Below are positions 1 through 11,210 of a stretch of DNA of 64,000 nucleotides, in pieces. Both the position numbers and the translations under genes were made by a program. Position 1 is the stretch's first letter, and every line of letters begins with the position of its first letter. Origin of the DNA: Nemertoderma westbladi (lineage: Eukaryota > Animalia > Xenacoelomorpha); NCBI GenBank assembly GCA_032718475.1, contig JAUCBJ010006914.1:1-64000 (forward strand), written 5' to 3'. Below the pieces are notes generated by a model. It saw nothing but the letters and a program-made list of their open reading frames with translations, ran no database searches and was not told the DNA's origin.

Positions 1-240
1 CATGATCATTTGATACAGTGTTTACATAGGAATGCGGTGAAAAATATTTTGTAGTGTACCATGCATCAGCAACAATGACCATGATTGAACACTGAGTAGG
101 TGTTACTGCAACTGCTACGAGAAATGTTATGAATTTTAGTAATATCTGTAGGCCTATATCGAATAGCTGGCAAAACCAATAAATGGTGTTATTCTTTATG
201 TTTTTATACCTAAATACACCATGTCCCATAGTATACAGTA

Positions 241-1090
241 GTGTCATTTTCTGATGACACGGACCCCCCCCCCCCCCCCAAATTTTTCTACAAATATTTA
301 TCATATTGCTTGAAATTTGAAACACCACTAGTTCAACTCACCGTCGATGACCCCATGAAGCCGGAATTTTCGATTTCGCCTTTAAATTTTTTTAATAAGC
401 GTTTTAAAAAAGTGTCTATTGCGAAATCGCACCCTCCGTGTCGTTGCCATTCTTTATATTAGTCATATTTTTTTACATATCATTGGAAAGCTTGCGTTGC
501 AAGGATTCCAAATATGTAACAATGTCAGAATTTCATTGAGAAACAGCTGAGATATAGGCGTTCAAAGATTGCAATAACGATCATTCGCTGTAGGCCATTT
601 ATTCTATCAAATAAATACACAAAATTCTAGAATGTGTTATTTATTTTATAAGTTGGTTGGCAACAGCGGTATTCCTATCCAATATATATATTGCGTAGCT
701 ATTCATGCATAAACAAAATGTTTCAGAACATCGTGTATTTATTAAATATAATAAATGGCCTTCAGCGAACGATATTTCTTGCAATCTTTGAACGCCTATA
801 TCTCAGCTGTTTACGAAATTCAGATATTGTTACATATTTGGAATCCTTGCAAGGCAAGCTTTCTAATGATATGATAAAATTACGACTAATGCGAAGAATG
901 GCCACGATATGGAGGGTGCGATTTCGCAAAAGACACTTTTTAAAAACGCGTATAAAAAAATTTTTAAGGCGAAATCGAAAATTCCGGCTTCATGGGGTCA
1001 TCGACGAGTGGTGTTTCAAATTTCAAGCAATATGACAAAGATAGGTAGAAAAATCTGGGGGGGGGGGGTCCGTTCATCAGAAAATGACAC
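241..1090. mobile_element. Foldback MITE (non-autonomous DNA transposon), TA-flanked
   Basis: Begins GTGTCATTTTCTGATGACACGGACCCCC and ends GGGGGTCCGTTCATCAGAAAATGACAC. The arms (~241-640 vs ~715-1090) are reverse complements along most of their length, e.g. GTCGATGACCCCATGAAGCCGGAATTTTCGATTTCGCC vs GGCGAAATCGAAAATTCCGGCTTCATGGGGTCATCGAC. TA lies on both sides (239-240, 1091-1092). No coding capacity. Confidence 0.85.
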
Positions 1091-1639
1091 TATATTACGG
1101 TTCATGGTGTAGTTTTAGAATGAATTTCGTACTTTGGGCTAACCGTGTATTTCTACAATTAAATATAGCTTGGTATTTACCATGAATTAAAGAACTAAAG
1201 AAGTACTAAAGAACTACTCTTCCCCGCCTGGGGTGTAATGATTAAAAAAAGTATTTACCATGACCAGTAATTTTCGTTTTTTGGTGGCATGGAAGTCTTG
1301 ATCTTTCCAAACACCCATAGATGTGAGGCAGAAATAACTGAAATGTTTTGTTAAATACCGGTATGTGTTTAACAGTTTTTTTCATTATACCTGTAACTAA
1401 TTCTGGAAATATTGTTGTATAAAGTATAAAGAATTACGTTGGCTAAATGTGGCCAAACATTTCACCTATTTTTTATTTAACGACCCCCCCCCCCCCCCCC
1501 CCCCCCCCCCAATCTGTATAACATGCAGCACAGGGACCCTCCCCCCTCTCACCCCACTCAAAGGTCTCCCACTCACTACATAAAAATAAAAAGCCCCCCC
1601 CCCCCCCCTCCCGGATGTATACAAACTTTTTAAAACTTA

Positions 1640-1771
1640 CTAACTTTATATAAGAACTTAGCAAAACTTGAAAACTTTAAATAAGAACTTAGCAAAACTT
1701 GATAACTTTAAATAAGAACTTAGCAAAACTTGATAACTTTATATAAGAACTTAGCAAAACTTGATAACTTT
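1640..1771. repeat. 31-bp minisatellite (AACTTTAWATAAGAACTTAGCAAAACTTGAT), ~4 copies, degenerate copies follow
   Basis: ATAAGAACTTAGCAAAACTTG recurs at ~1650, 1681, 1712 and 1743. Confidence 0.85.
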
Positions 1772-2406
1772 CCTTAATACATTTTTCAAGATAATTACAC
1801 ATTTGATAAACTTAACAAAACTTGCAAATTCTTAAATTAATTTGATAGACTTGGTAGGTATTTTAAAATGTATGTTCTAAGCTTACTATGTTTTGCAAAG
1901 TACTTCTCACATTTTTGAACCGAATTACTTACAAGTATTTTCTAAATTAGTAAGGTATTATGGTCCGGGATACCTACCTATCGAGAATACAGTAGCCGCG
2001 GGGGGGATTATTCGAGAAGGATAAACTTTGATCCCGAGCGACACATACAGACTGCATGACATACTGTAGGCCTTACTGCACATACCATAGGCCATGCTGA
2101 GAGAGATAATGTAGGCGATAGGATAGCGCGAACAACGGGATTAAACCCGGAAGTCGCGGAGTATATACCAGCAGGTAGGCCAGAAGTAGATAGGCCTATA
2201 CCGGTACAAGCACAGCAGTAAGACTACATACAGCATGCAAGGACATAACATATACCCAGGGGAGGGGAGATTTATTGCGGATACGTGTATGCGCCCCAAT
2301 ATATTAACATCAACCCCAGTACCAAACATACCGGTGGGGGGGGGGGGACAGGCCCACATCACAATATCAACAATATACCCCAATAGGAGTAAGAACATCG
2401 AACCCC

Positions 2407-5010
2407 TTGGATGAGAATAGATCGTGTGACACAGAAATATGGAGGGGGCCACTACCCCCTATGATATATCCAAGTCAGAGGAAAGCAGCAGACAGGACGA
2501 ACGGACCGCACCCAACGGGAGAACCTATACAGCACCCATTGAACCCATTGGAAGCGCAAGCGATGGGGATGGCCACGTTAATCGATGCATTAAAGACCAG
2601 GATCGAGTTACCACCCGTGGAACCATTCAAATTCGATGGAAGTAGGCCGGAAGAATACCTACAGTTTCGGCGCATGTATAGTAACGAAATACTAACAAAG
2701 AATTTGACGCAGGCGGAGTGCCTAAAGTATCTGCAAGTATATACAGGGGGCCCAGCATACGACATCGTGAGGCAATACCAGGACATCAAGGGTGGCTTCA
2801 CGACGGCATGGCGGGCGTTAGACAGGGAATACGGACACCCGGCCAAGATCATCCGGCAGACCCTGAGAGGTATAACATCAGGTGGCCTACAAGATAACCC
2901 CATTAGCATAAAGACATTCTCTAACAAAGTCGAAAAGGCGCTAATCGTGCTAAAGACGCTAGACGCGCCATACTAACTCAACGCGTCCAACAACATCACC
3001 ACGATAGCGCAGGCACTACCGATGTGGTTGCGCAACAAGTGGAGGAAAATCGCTTTCTCCACTCGAGATAGGAAGGGTGCGGAACTGGGTTTAGAAGAGA
3101 TGTCAAGCTTCTTAAACTATGAAGCTGAACTTATAACGGACCCAGTCTATAGCGAGGATAGCCTGGGAAAGGGATCAAAGACCGATTACCACAGGCCGAA
3201 ACCAGAGCACAACGCGTCGAACGCATTGCCAAAGCTCAGACAGTCACTGCCGTACTCAGCAACGCAGGGGACTACCAGTCCACAAGTAGCCGGAGATAAG
3301 ACCACATCATGGAGCGGACAGGAGAAAAATAACAACACAAATAAACATAACCCCAGTACACCCAGTAGGCCGAGCCCAAACAATAAGAATAGTAGGAACT
3401 TTGGTACAAATGCAACTGCGATATGCAATGCACTGTATAAGGACGGCTACGACCCAAAGAGCAAATGCCAGCTACATACAAATGCACTTCATCAGACCAT
3501 GAATTGCAGGCACTGGCAAGCGCTACCCAGGGAAGATCAGGTAGAATACGCGACAAGAAATGAGATCTGTTCGCGATGTGTGATGAGTGGACACAGAGCC
3601 AAACAATGCAAAGAGACGCCGATTAAGTTCGGTCAAAGTAAAGGCCAAATGATGGCAACGAGCACCGTAGGAGCGAAGAAGAGAGGAACGGTACTACTTG
3701 GGGTAGTACCAGTGCGAGTGATCGGGGAAGGCAATCGATCAGTGACCACACTGATGCTGGTCGACAGTGGTGCAGCCTTCACCTTAGTTGAGGATTGGGT
3801 GGCCGAAGAGATAGGATTGAGAACGAGGCCAAGTAAAATGGTGGTGACAACCATCTCCAGCAAAGATGAGGTTCTGGAGATGAAGACCGGATGGTGCGTG
3901 ATAGCGATAGCGATAGCACCGGGATGCGACTATGGGGCGACCATTGACCCCATCCAGGTGATAGAGTCGATAAATATTAACGCCAGGCGGCCAACCAACA
4001 TCAACGTCGAACAATATAGATTCCTGGACAGTATCGACTTCTCAATCCCAGAGGTGGACATCAGGAAGGTATCCATCATAGTAGGAATGGACTGCCCGAC
4101 GGCCCACGAGAGAATGCAAATGGTCTTCGGCAAAGACAGGCAGTGTGACCCGGTGGCGATATTAACACCATTCGGGTGGACGCTGAGTGGCCCAATCAGG
4201 AGTAAGATACCATTTAGGATGTCGGAGACATCAGGATGCATGTTCGCGGGAACTATGCGAGAAATGGGAGATGAGGGAGCGGAGGAGCAGCTCAGGAGAC
4301 TGCTCAGGCAGGATTCCGAGGGATTAAAGGAGACCGGGGTTGGAACCTCGGTAGAAGACAAGCAGGCTTTACAAAGTGTAAAGGAATCGATGGCATGCGA
4401 TGAGGGGCGGTATACCATAGGAATGGTATGGAAGCTACCGAAGCTACCGTTACCCGACAACAAAGGGATGGTACTCACGAGGCTTCGTAAGTTAAAGCAG
4501 ACATTAAAACGGAGCCCCGAGAAGAATGAGTACATTCACAAGACAATTAGAAAGTATGTCGAGAAAGGATGGGCCGTGGAATTACCGGTCGACGAACCAA
4601 ACACGGACAGGACCTATTACCTGGCACTCCACGTGGCTCTAGACCCGAAGAAAGGTAAACTGCGGATGGTAGTTGACGCATCGGCCAAGACCAACGGAAA
4701 ATGCCTAAACGATTATCTGCTGGAGGGTCCCAACATCTACAACTCAGGGATCGAGGTCCTACTCAGATTCAGGAATGGTAGACACGCTTTCACCTGCGAC
4801 ATCGAAGGCATGTTCAACAAAGTCCGTGTAACGGAAGAGGATAGCGACAGCCAACGCTTCCTATGGTACGACGGCGATGAGGAACCGTCGACCATACCAA
4901 TGTATAAGATGATAGTACAGAATATGGGAGCCAAGTCGTCTTCGTTTACAACGACTATGGCCGTAAGAGACATGGTAGCAGGGAAGGAAGATAAGTTCAG
5001 TGCCAAAGCC
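2407..5010 (+). pseudogene. A1 gag-pol: BEL gag (DUF1759-like), zinc knuckles, aspartic protease, N-terminal RT
   Basis: PFKFDGSRPEEYLQF...YLQVYTGGPA gag motif, CSRCVMSGHRAKQC knuckle, LMLVDSGA protease, and YYLALHV...KLRMVVDASAK...LNDYLLEGPN...DIEGMF BEL RT. In-frame TAA at 2974-2976 (GAA in A2). Homology to A2 ends at 5010, before the YVDD motif. Confidence 0.9.
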
Positions 5011-5011
5011 G

Positions 5012-5737
5012 ATCGCAGTAATGTATTCTGACAGCGGGACCAACTTTGTGGGGGCGGAGAACGAGATGGCAGAGGCCTTGGATATCTTGGAAGGGGAGGA
5101 AGTCAGGGCAGCCATGCGAAGGTGACAAGTGAAGTGGGAGAGGAGGACGCCGTATGCTCCGCATACCCTAGGATGCGTCGAGAGACTCGTGGGTAGTTCG
5201 AAGCGTCTGATGACGAAGTTGATGAACACCCACATGGTCATGGAGGACGTATTGAGGACGGTACTAGCAAAGTGTGAGGGTGTCATTAATAGCAGACCGC
5301 TATATCCAGAAAATGATGACCCTGAGTCATTAGACATGCTGACGCCCAGTCACTTTCGAATGGAAAGGCCAGCGACAATCGACATGCGGGGTGTAGACCC
5401 AGACGATATACACTCCCGACAGAGTTGGAAAGTCGCTAAGGCGATAAGCGCACACTACTGGAGGAGGTGGGTCGAGGAATATCTGCCCACACTACATAGA
5501 AGAAGTAAGTGGAGGAATACGAATAGAGAGTTAAAGGAGGGTGATCTGGTGATCGTCACGGATGATACCATCATTAACAACCAATGGTGGTTGGCGAGAG
5601 TTGTGGGCACTTACTCCGATGAGGACGGAAGAGTCCGATCGGTAGAAGTGCGAATAGGTGGCAAGATAGGTGCGAAAGACAGGAAGACCTACAGGAGGGC
5701 TGAAGGGAAGTGCTGTCTGCTAGAGGGGGCACCTTGA
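5012..5737 (+). pseudogene. A1 integrase core and BEL C-terminal (DUF5641-like) domain
   Basis: SDSGTNFVGA, GCVERLVGS, INSRPL, LTPSHF, YWRRWVEEYLPTL, GDLVIV...WWLARV...DGRVRSVEV. In-frame TGA at 5123-5125. Confidence 0.9.
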
Positions 5738-5877
5738 GTTAGAGTGGATTTTAGCGGAGTTTAGTCGTCCAAGTTTTGGACTAAGGGGGGTGGGATTGAG
5801 GGCGAGACACCCTTCCCATACAAATAAATAAAAAAAAAAAAATAATAGTGCATAATAGGTGCGCAGTTAGTAGGCAG

Positions 5878-6044
5878 CAGTTAGTTAGTAAGTAGCAAGT
5901 AGTACCGCTAGTTAGATAGTGGGAAATTAGTAGTAAGAGGGTACGTAGTACCGTTAGTAAGTAGCAAGTAGTACCGCTAGTTAGATAGTGGGAAATTAGT
6001 AGTAAGAGGTTACGTAGTACCGTTAGTAAGTAGCAAGTAGTACC
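5878..6044. repeat. 69-bp TAGTA-rich tandem repeat in A1 post-pol region (left part)
   Basis: Unit GTTAGTAAGTAGCAAGTAGTACCGCTAGTTAGATAGTGGGAAATTAGTAGTAAGAGGGTACGTAGTACC starts at 5884, 5953 and 6022, and is interrupted at 6044. Confidence 0.9.
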
Positions 6045-6215
6045 CAATAGATTAGTAACCTCTGCTGCCGAATAACTCTGCGTAATTGGTACTGAACTGT
6101 ACTGCTGTACTGACTACTGCCTTGACAACTGTCAGACTTTGTGGCGCCAAATTATATATTTCTGATTGTGTCGCCTCTCTATTCGAGTGAACGCGTCACT
6201 GCAGCCGGCGTTTTG

Positions 6216-9200
6216 ATGGCAGCTTGTTGCGGCTGCAATGGATGGTCCGGGCGCTGCAAGAAATGTATATGCGTCAGGAATAGCTTGCGGTGCTTATCGT
6301 GTGCCCCAGGAAGAAACGGCAATTGCGAGAACAGCCAGCACCCTTCCTCTCAACCTCTACCGGATCGCCACGAACGACCTTCGTTCTCCCAGACGTCAGT
6401 CTCACAGCCGCTTAACTCTTGCGCAGCTTTGGAAAGTCCAGCGGACGATACATTGATGGATCAGGACGAAACTATACTGGGTGGATCCCCGATCGTCCAG
6501 GATAATCCGCTAGCTGCCAGTGCATCAGCATCATTGAACTCTCCAGTTTGGTCTCCGGGCGCAGCACGAGCGAGGGCCAGTGCCATCATATCTAGGATTC
6601 GGAGCCCCGGTACAGGGTCTGCTTTGGGGTCAGCAGTTAAAGACGTTATACTTCAGACCCCGAACTTTTCAGATCCCCGAGCAGTCCAGTCCGTTCCTTC
6701 AGCAGTCCAGTCTGGTCCCCCTTCAGTCCAGTCGGGTCCCCCTGCAGTCCAGTCGGTGCACCCAGCAGTCCAGTCGGGTCCCCCATCAGTCCAGTTGGGT
6801 CCCCCACCAGTCCAGTTGGGTCCCCCATCAGTCCAGTCGGTGCGCCCAGCAGTCCAGTCGGGTCCCCCATCAGTCCAGTCGGGTCCCCCATATGTCCAGT
6901 CCAGTCGGGTCGCCCAGCAGTCCCAGTCGGGTCCCCCAGCAGATCAGTTGGGTCCCCCATCAGACCAGTCGGGTCCCTCGGGAGTCCAGTCGGGTCCCCC
7001 AGCAGTCCAGTCGGGTCCCCCTTCAGACCAGTCAGGTCCCTCGGGAGTCCAGTCGGGTCCCCCAGCAGTCTAGTCGGGTCCCCCATCAGTCCAGTCGGGT
7101 CCCCCATCAGACCAGTCGGGTCCCTCAGGAGTCCAGTCGGGTCCCCCAGCAGTCCAGTCGGGTCCCCCTTCAGTCCAGTCAGGTCCCCCATCAGACCAGT
7201 CGGGTCCCTCAGGAGTCCAGTCGGGTCCCCCAGCAGTCCAGTCGGGTCCCCCTTCAGACCAGTCGGGTCCCCCTTCAGTCCGGTCGGGTCCCCCAGCAAT
7301 CCAGCCGGGTCCCCCACCAGTCCAGTTGGCACCCTCGGCATCTATCGGTCGACCTCTGCCATCCTCCCTGTCCAGTGTTGTACTCACTTCAACAAGTCGA
7401 GTCGACTCCGCAGTATGGTTCAATGAATCCTTGCCCAGGCACCAAATAATAGAGTCAATCAACACAGTGTACAACAGCATAGTACACTGGCGGCCAAACC
7501 TATTCCTGGTTCCTCAGGGGGCCGTGGGTAGAGAATTGGTGGCAGAGATTTCTCGGTTGTTGGCGCTGGCAATCAGTGAAAATCCCCTACATGAGGTCGC
7601 CCTCACGGCAATGATGATATTGCCAGCTCTCCTCTTACAGAAACCGAGTCGGTCTTCCACCACGGCCACACACCGGCACATTCTCCAACGCCGTCTAGTG
7701 AGCTGGAGGGAAGCAAAATTCGACGAACTCATGGTGGAGGCCAGGGCCATTCAGACACACCTTCCTAAGCGACGACCCCCAGCCTCTCAGGACGTAGCAC
7801 TCCAGAAGGCGTTCACCCGCCACATGCTGACTGGGAATATTTCGGCGGCGACGAGAGTTCTTGGACAGTTACACCGCGGTTCTCCACTGAGTCTGAATGA
7901 CTCATTCACGGACAAAGATGGGAAAACCAAGGTGGTCTGGGATGTTCTGCGAGCGAAACATCCTCCAGCGCAGCCCGCAGACGAGTCGACCCTGCTATCG
8001 CATTTCCCTGAGGCGCCACAGCACCACAGCGTTGTGTTTGAGGCGATCGATGGGAAGCTCATCCTTGGGAGCTTGCTTAGAATGAAGGGAAACGCCGCTG
8101 GTCCATCGGGAGTTGATGTTCAGGGTTGGAAGCACCTCCTTACCCGGTTTCGGAGACAGTCTTCCGAGCTGGGTGAGAGGATCGCAGACTTGGCGAAACA
8201 ACTCGCACAGACCAAGACTTCTCAGGGGTCTCTATCTGCGCTACTGTCTGCCAGACTTATTGCACTGGACAAAAACTCGGGCGTCAGACCCATAGGGATA
8301 GGTGAGGTGTTGCGCCGCGTCATAGGTAAATCTATCACCCATTGTATCCGTCAGGATCTTGAGTCTGTCGGTGGGAACACCCAACTCTGTCTGGGTCAGA
8401 AGGCTGGCATTGAATTCGCCATCCACAGCCTCACGATGGAGTGGGACTCGGACGACTGTGACGGGGTTCTACAGATAGACGCTACAAATGCCTTCAACGT
8501 ACTGAACCGTTCGGCTGCCCTCCACAACATTGGAGTTGTCTGCCCTGCCCTTCTCACTGTAGTCACCAATTGCTACAGCGAACCAGCTCGACTCTTTGTG
8601 GGAGGGGAGACGTTGCTCTCTGAAGAGGGGACCACACAGGGTGACCCCATTGCCATGGCGATGTATGGGTGCTCCATTATGCCACTATTAGCTGAGTTGG
8701 GACGTGCAAGCAAGGCCACACAGCGGTGGTATGCGGATGATGGCAATGCGGCAGGAAAACTCACTGACCTACGGGCCTTCCTAGAGGTTGCTACCACAAG
8801 GGGTCCTCTCTTTGGCTACTTCCCATCCAAGTGTCACATCACAGTGAAACCAGCAATGTTGGAAGAGGCTGAGATTCTTTTCGCCAATACTGGTGTCACC
8901 ATCAACACAACAGGCCATGAGCTACTCGGCGGGGTTGTTGGCACTGAGGAGTATCGCACCACGTTCCTAGAAGAGAAGGCTCAGGAGTTCGCCATGGAAG
9001 TGGATCGTCTCGCAGGGGTGGCAGCAGTGGACCCCCACTGTGCGTACGCGGGCCTCGCGTTTGGCCTTGCCTGTCGGTGGCGGTTCATCACCCGTGTTGT
9101 ATCCACCACGCCAGCCCATCTCACCCTGTTGGAGGAGGCTGTAAATCGATTCCTTTGCCATCTCACCGATCGGCCAGCCATCTCAAAAGAGGAACGCCTG

Positions 9201-10253
9201 TTACTTTCCCTGCCAGTCCGTGACGGGGGTATCGGCATTCCGGTGCCCACTGACCTGTCACATCAGTATACCAGCTCGCTTCGGGTCTGTGAGCCATTCA
9301 TCAGCGCCACACCAGATACAATGGGGCAGGCCCGGGAGAAACAAACAGAGGTGGTGGGCAGGTTGAAGGTAGAGGCGCTGCTCCAGTCGATGGAAAAGAG
9401 AGAGGAAGTGGTGGGAATATTATCTCCTCCCCAGCGGCGGCTCCACGGACTGACCACTGAAAAGGGCGCTTCTATCTGGCTCAACACCAAGCCACTCATC
9501 CTCCAGGACACCCACCTGGACAAGGGTGAATTCAGGGATGCCCTGTGCCTCCGATATGGGTGGATGCCAAAGTCTCTACCGTCTCGTTGTGTCTGTGGGG
9601 AGCGATTTTCTCCTACCCACGTTCTGTCGTGCCCCACTGGAGGATTTCCTTCCATCAGGCACAACGAGATCCGGGACTTTGTCGCTGATGCTCTGACGGA
9701 GGTGTCACATAATGTGGCTGTGGAGCCAGTCCTCCAACCGCTAACGGGCGAGCAGTTTGAACACCGCAGCACTTCAACGGACCAGCTGGCGAGATTGGAC
9801 GTCTCAGTGAGCGGCTTCTGGGGCAATCGGTTCCAGAAGACGTTCCTAGACGTCTCAGTCTTCAATCCACTGGCAGAAACTAATGCTGCCATGTCCCTAC
9901 CGTCAGCCCACCTTTACCATGAAGCGCGGAAGAACCTAAAGTATCAGGAACGAGTGAGGGAGGTGGAACACGCCACCTTCACGCCTCTGATATTTTCCGC
10001 GTTTGGTGGTATGGCGCCTTCAGCCATACATCTGGTGAAGCGGTTGGCGCACCGCCTGGCGGAGAAGAGAGAAACGCGGTATGCGGAGTGCATCACATGG
10101 GTTCGGCGAAAGTTGAACTTCGCGTTGTTGCGGTCGGCCCTCATGTGTCTCCGTGGACACCGGTCGGCTGCTAGACGACCCATTCGCTGCACAAATTCAG
10201 TTGCAGACATAGCCATTGTGCATGCGAATGCGGATGTTGCCCCACCGCCGTAG
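6216..10253 (+). pseudogene. CRE-like polyprotein: N-terminal Cys-rich (CXC-like) domain, SVQSGPP repeats, RT, CCHC finger, PD-(D/E)xK endonuclease; one nonsense codon
   Basis: ORFs 6141-7073 and 7326-10253 share a frame, separated only by TAG at 7071-7073 (CAG in sister repeats). Motifs: RLIALDKNSGVRPIGIGEVLRR, GTTQGDPIAM, WYADD, CVCGERFSPTHVLSC, RHNEIRD, ARLDV...FLDVSVFNP...EARKNLKY. Confidence 0.88.
6682..7330 (+). repeat. 21-bp coding minisatellite (CAGTCCAGTCGGGTCCCCCNN), ~30 units, encoding (S/A)VQSGPP
   Basis: Direct tandem repetition is visible in both the DNA and the translation. Confidence 0.95.
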
Positions 10254-10412
10254 ACCACAACGAGTGAAGACAAGACCACGAAGAAACTGATGTTAATGAT
10301 TTTTTTTTGTGTGTAACTCTATATATAATTTTTGATCTCGTAATAATTTTCAACTATGTGAATTTGTTATATTTATTAGCTATAGATATAGTTTAACTAA
10401 ATATATTATACT

Positions 10413-10720
10413 AAGTAGTACCGCTAGTCAGATAGTGGGAAATTAGTAGTAAGAGGGTACGTAGTACCGTTAGTAAGTAGCAAGTAGTGCCGCTAGTTAG
10501 ATAGTGGGAAATTAGTAGTAAGAGGGTACGTAGTACCGTTAGTAAGAGAGTATGTAGTACCGCTAGTCAGATAGTGGGAAATTAGTAGCAAGAGGGTACG
10601 TAGTACCGTTAGTTAGTTAGAGAGAGTTAGAGGTTAGTAAGAGGGTACGTAGTACCGTTAGTTAGTTAGTTAGAGAGAGTTAGAGGTTAGTAAGAGGGTA
10701 CGTAGTACCGGCTAGTAAGA
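10413..10720. repeat. Continuation of the A1 TAGTA-rich tandem repeat after the CRE insertion
   Basis: The same unit resumes at AAGTAGTACCGCTAGTCAGATAGTGGG, then degenerates into shorter variants. Confidence 0.88.
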
Positions 10721-11210
10721 GGAAGAGGTAGAAGGGTATGTATAATATAGACATTAGTTAGTAGTTAGTAGCGAGAGGGGGGCATATGAGTACAGCTGGA
10801 TAAATCGTGTAGGCCATGCGACGCATACTGTTGTACTGCACAAGCCCACAGAGTAGGCCAGAATGTGGATTATGGAATAGAGTAATCCATTGGCAATAAT
10901 AAGTAGTAGCACAGTAGTAGGATTGAATTAAATTAAAATATTAAAAATAGAAAAGGGCTAAGACAATCAACAAATTATGGTAACAGTAGAAAGTAAATTC
11001 TGGAACATAATTAAAGTAACTGACAAAATTGTAATTTAAAGTACAATTTGGTAGCTTCAGAAATTAGGTAGTGTAAAATAGGCTATATAACTTAGTAATT
11101 CAGAGAGAGACAGGCCATCGAACTGAAATAAACCATCTTAACCTATCACTCATCCTATTGCGCCTTGGCAAGGCACCACCCAACGGGTGAGCGATCGGGC
11201 AGAGTTTGAG

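Larger units (their letters stand above)
6045..10412 (+). mobile_element. Full-length non-LTR retrotransposon with restriction-like endonuclease (CRE clade-like)
   Basis: Flanked by a 10-bp TSD AAGTAGTACC (6035-6044 and 10413-10422). Single long ORF and an AT-rich 3' end. Confidence 0.88.

Noticed and set aside
241-290. CTGATGA as a hammerhead ribozyme core or C/D box
   Set aside because: It is part of the MITE terminal inverted repeat, with no correctly placed stems and GAAA partner.
6580-7480. Alternative-frame and antisense ORFs (QQSSRVP, GDPTGLL, GGPDWT repeats)
   Set aside because: By-products of a stop-free 21-bp repeat. Only the frame continuous with the RT is supported.
5878-10720. 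69-bp or 21-bp repeats as a CRISPR array
   Set aside because: They are head-to-tail repeats without unique spacers, there are no cas genes, and the context is a eukaryotic TE.
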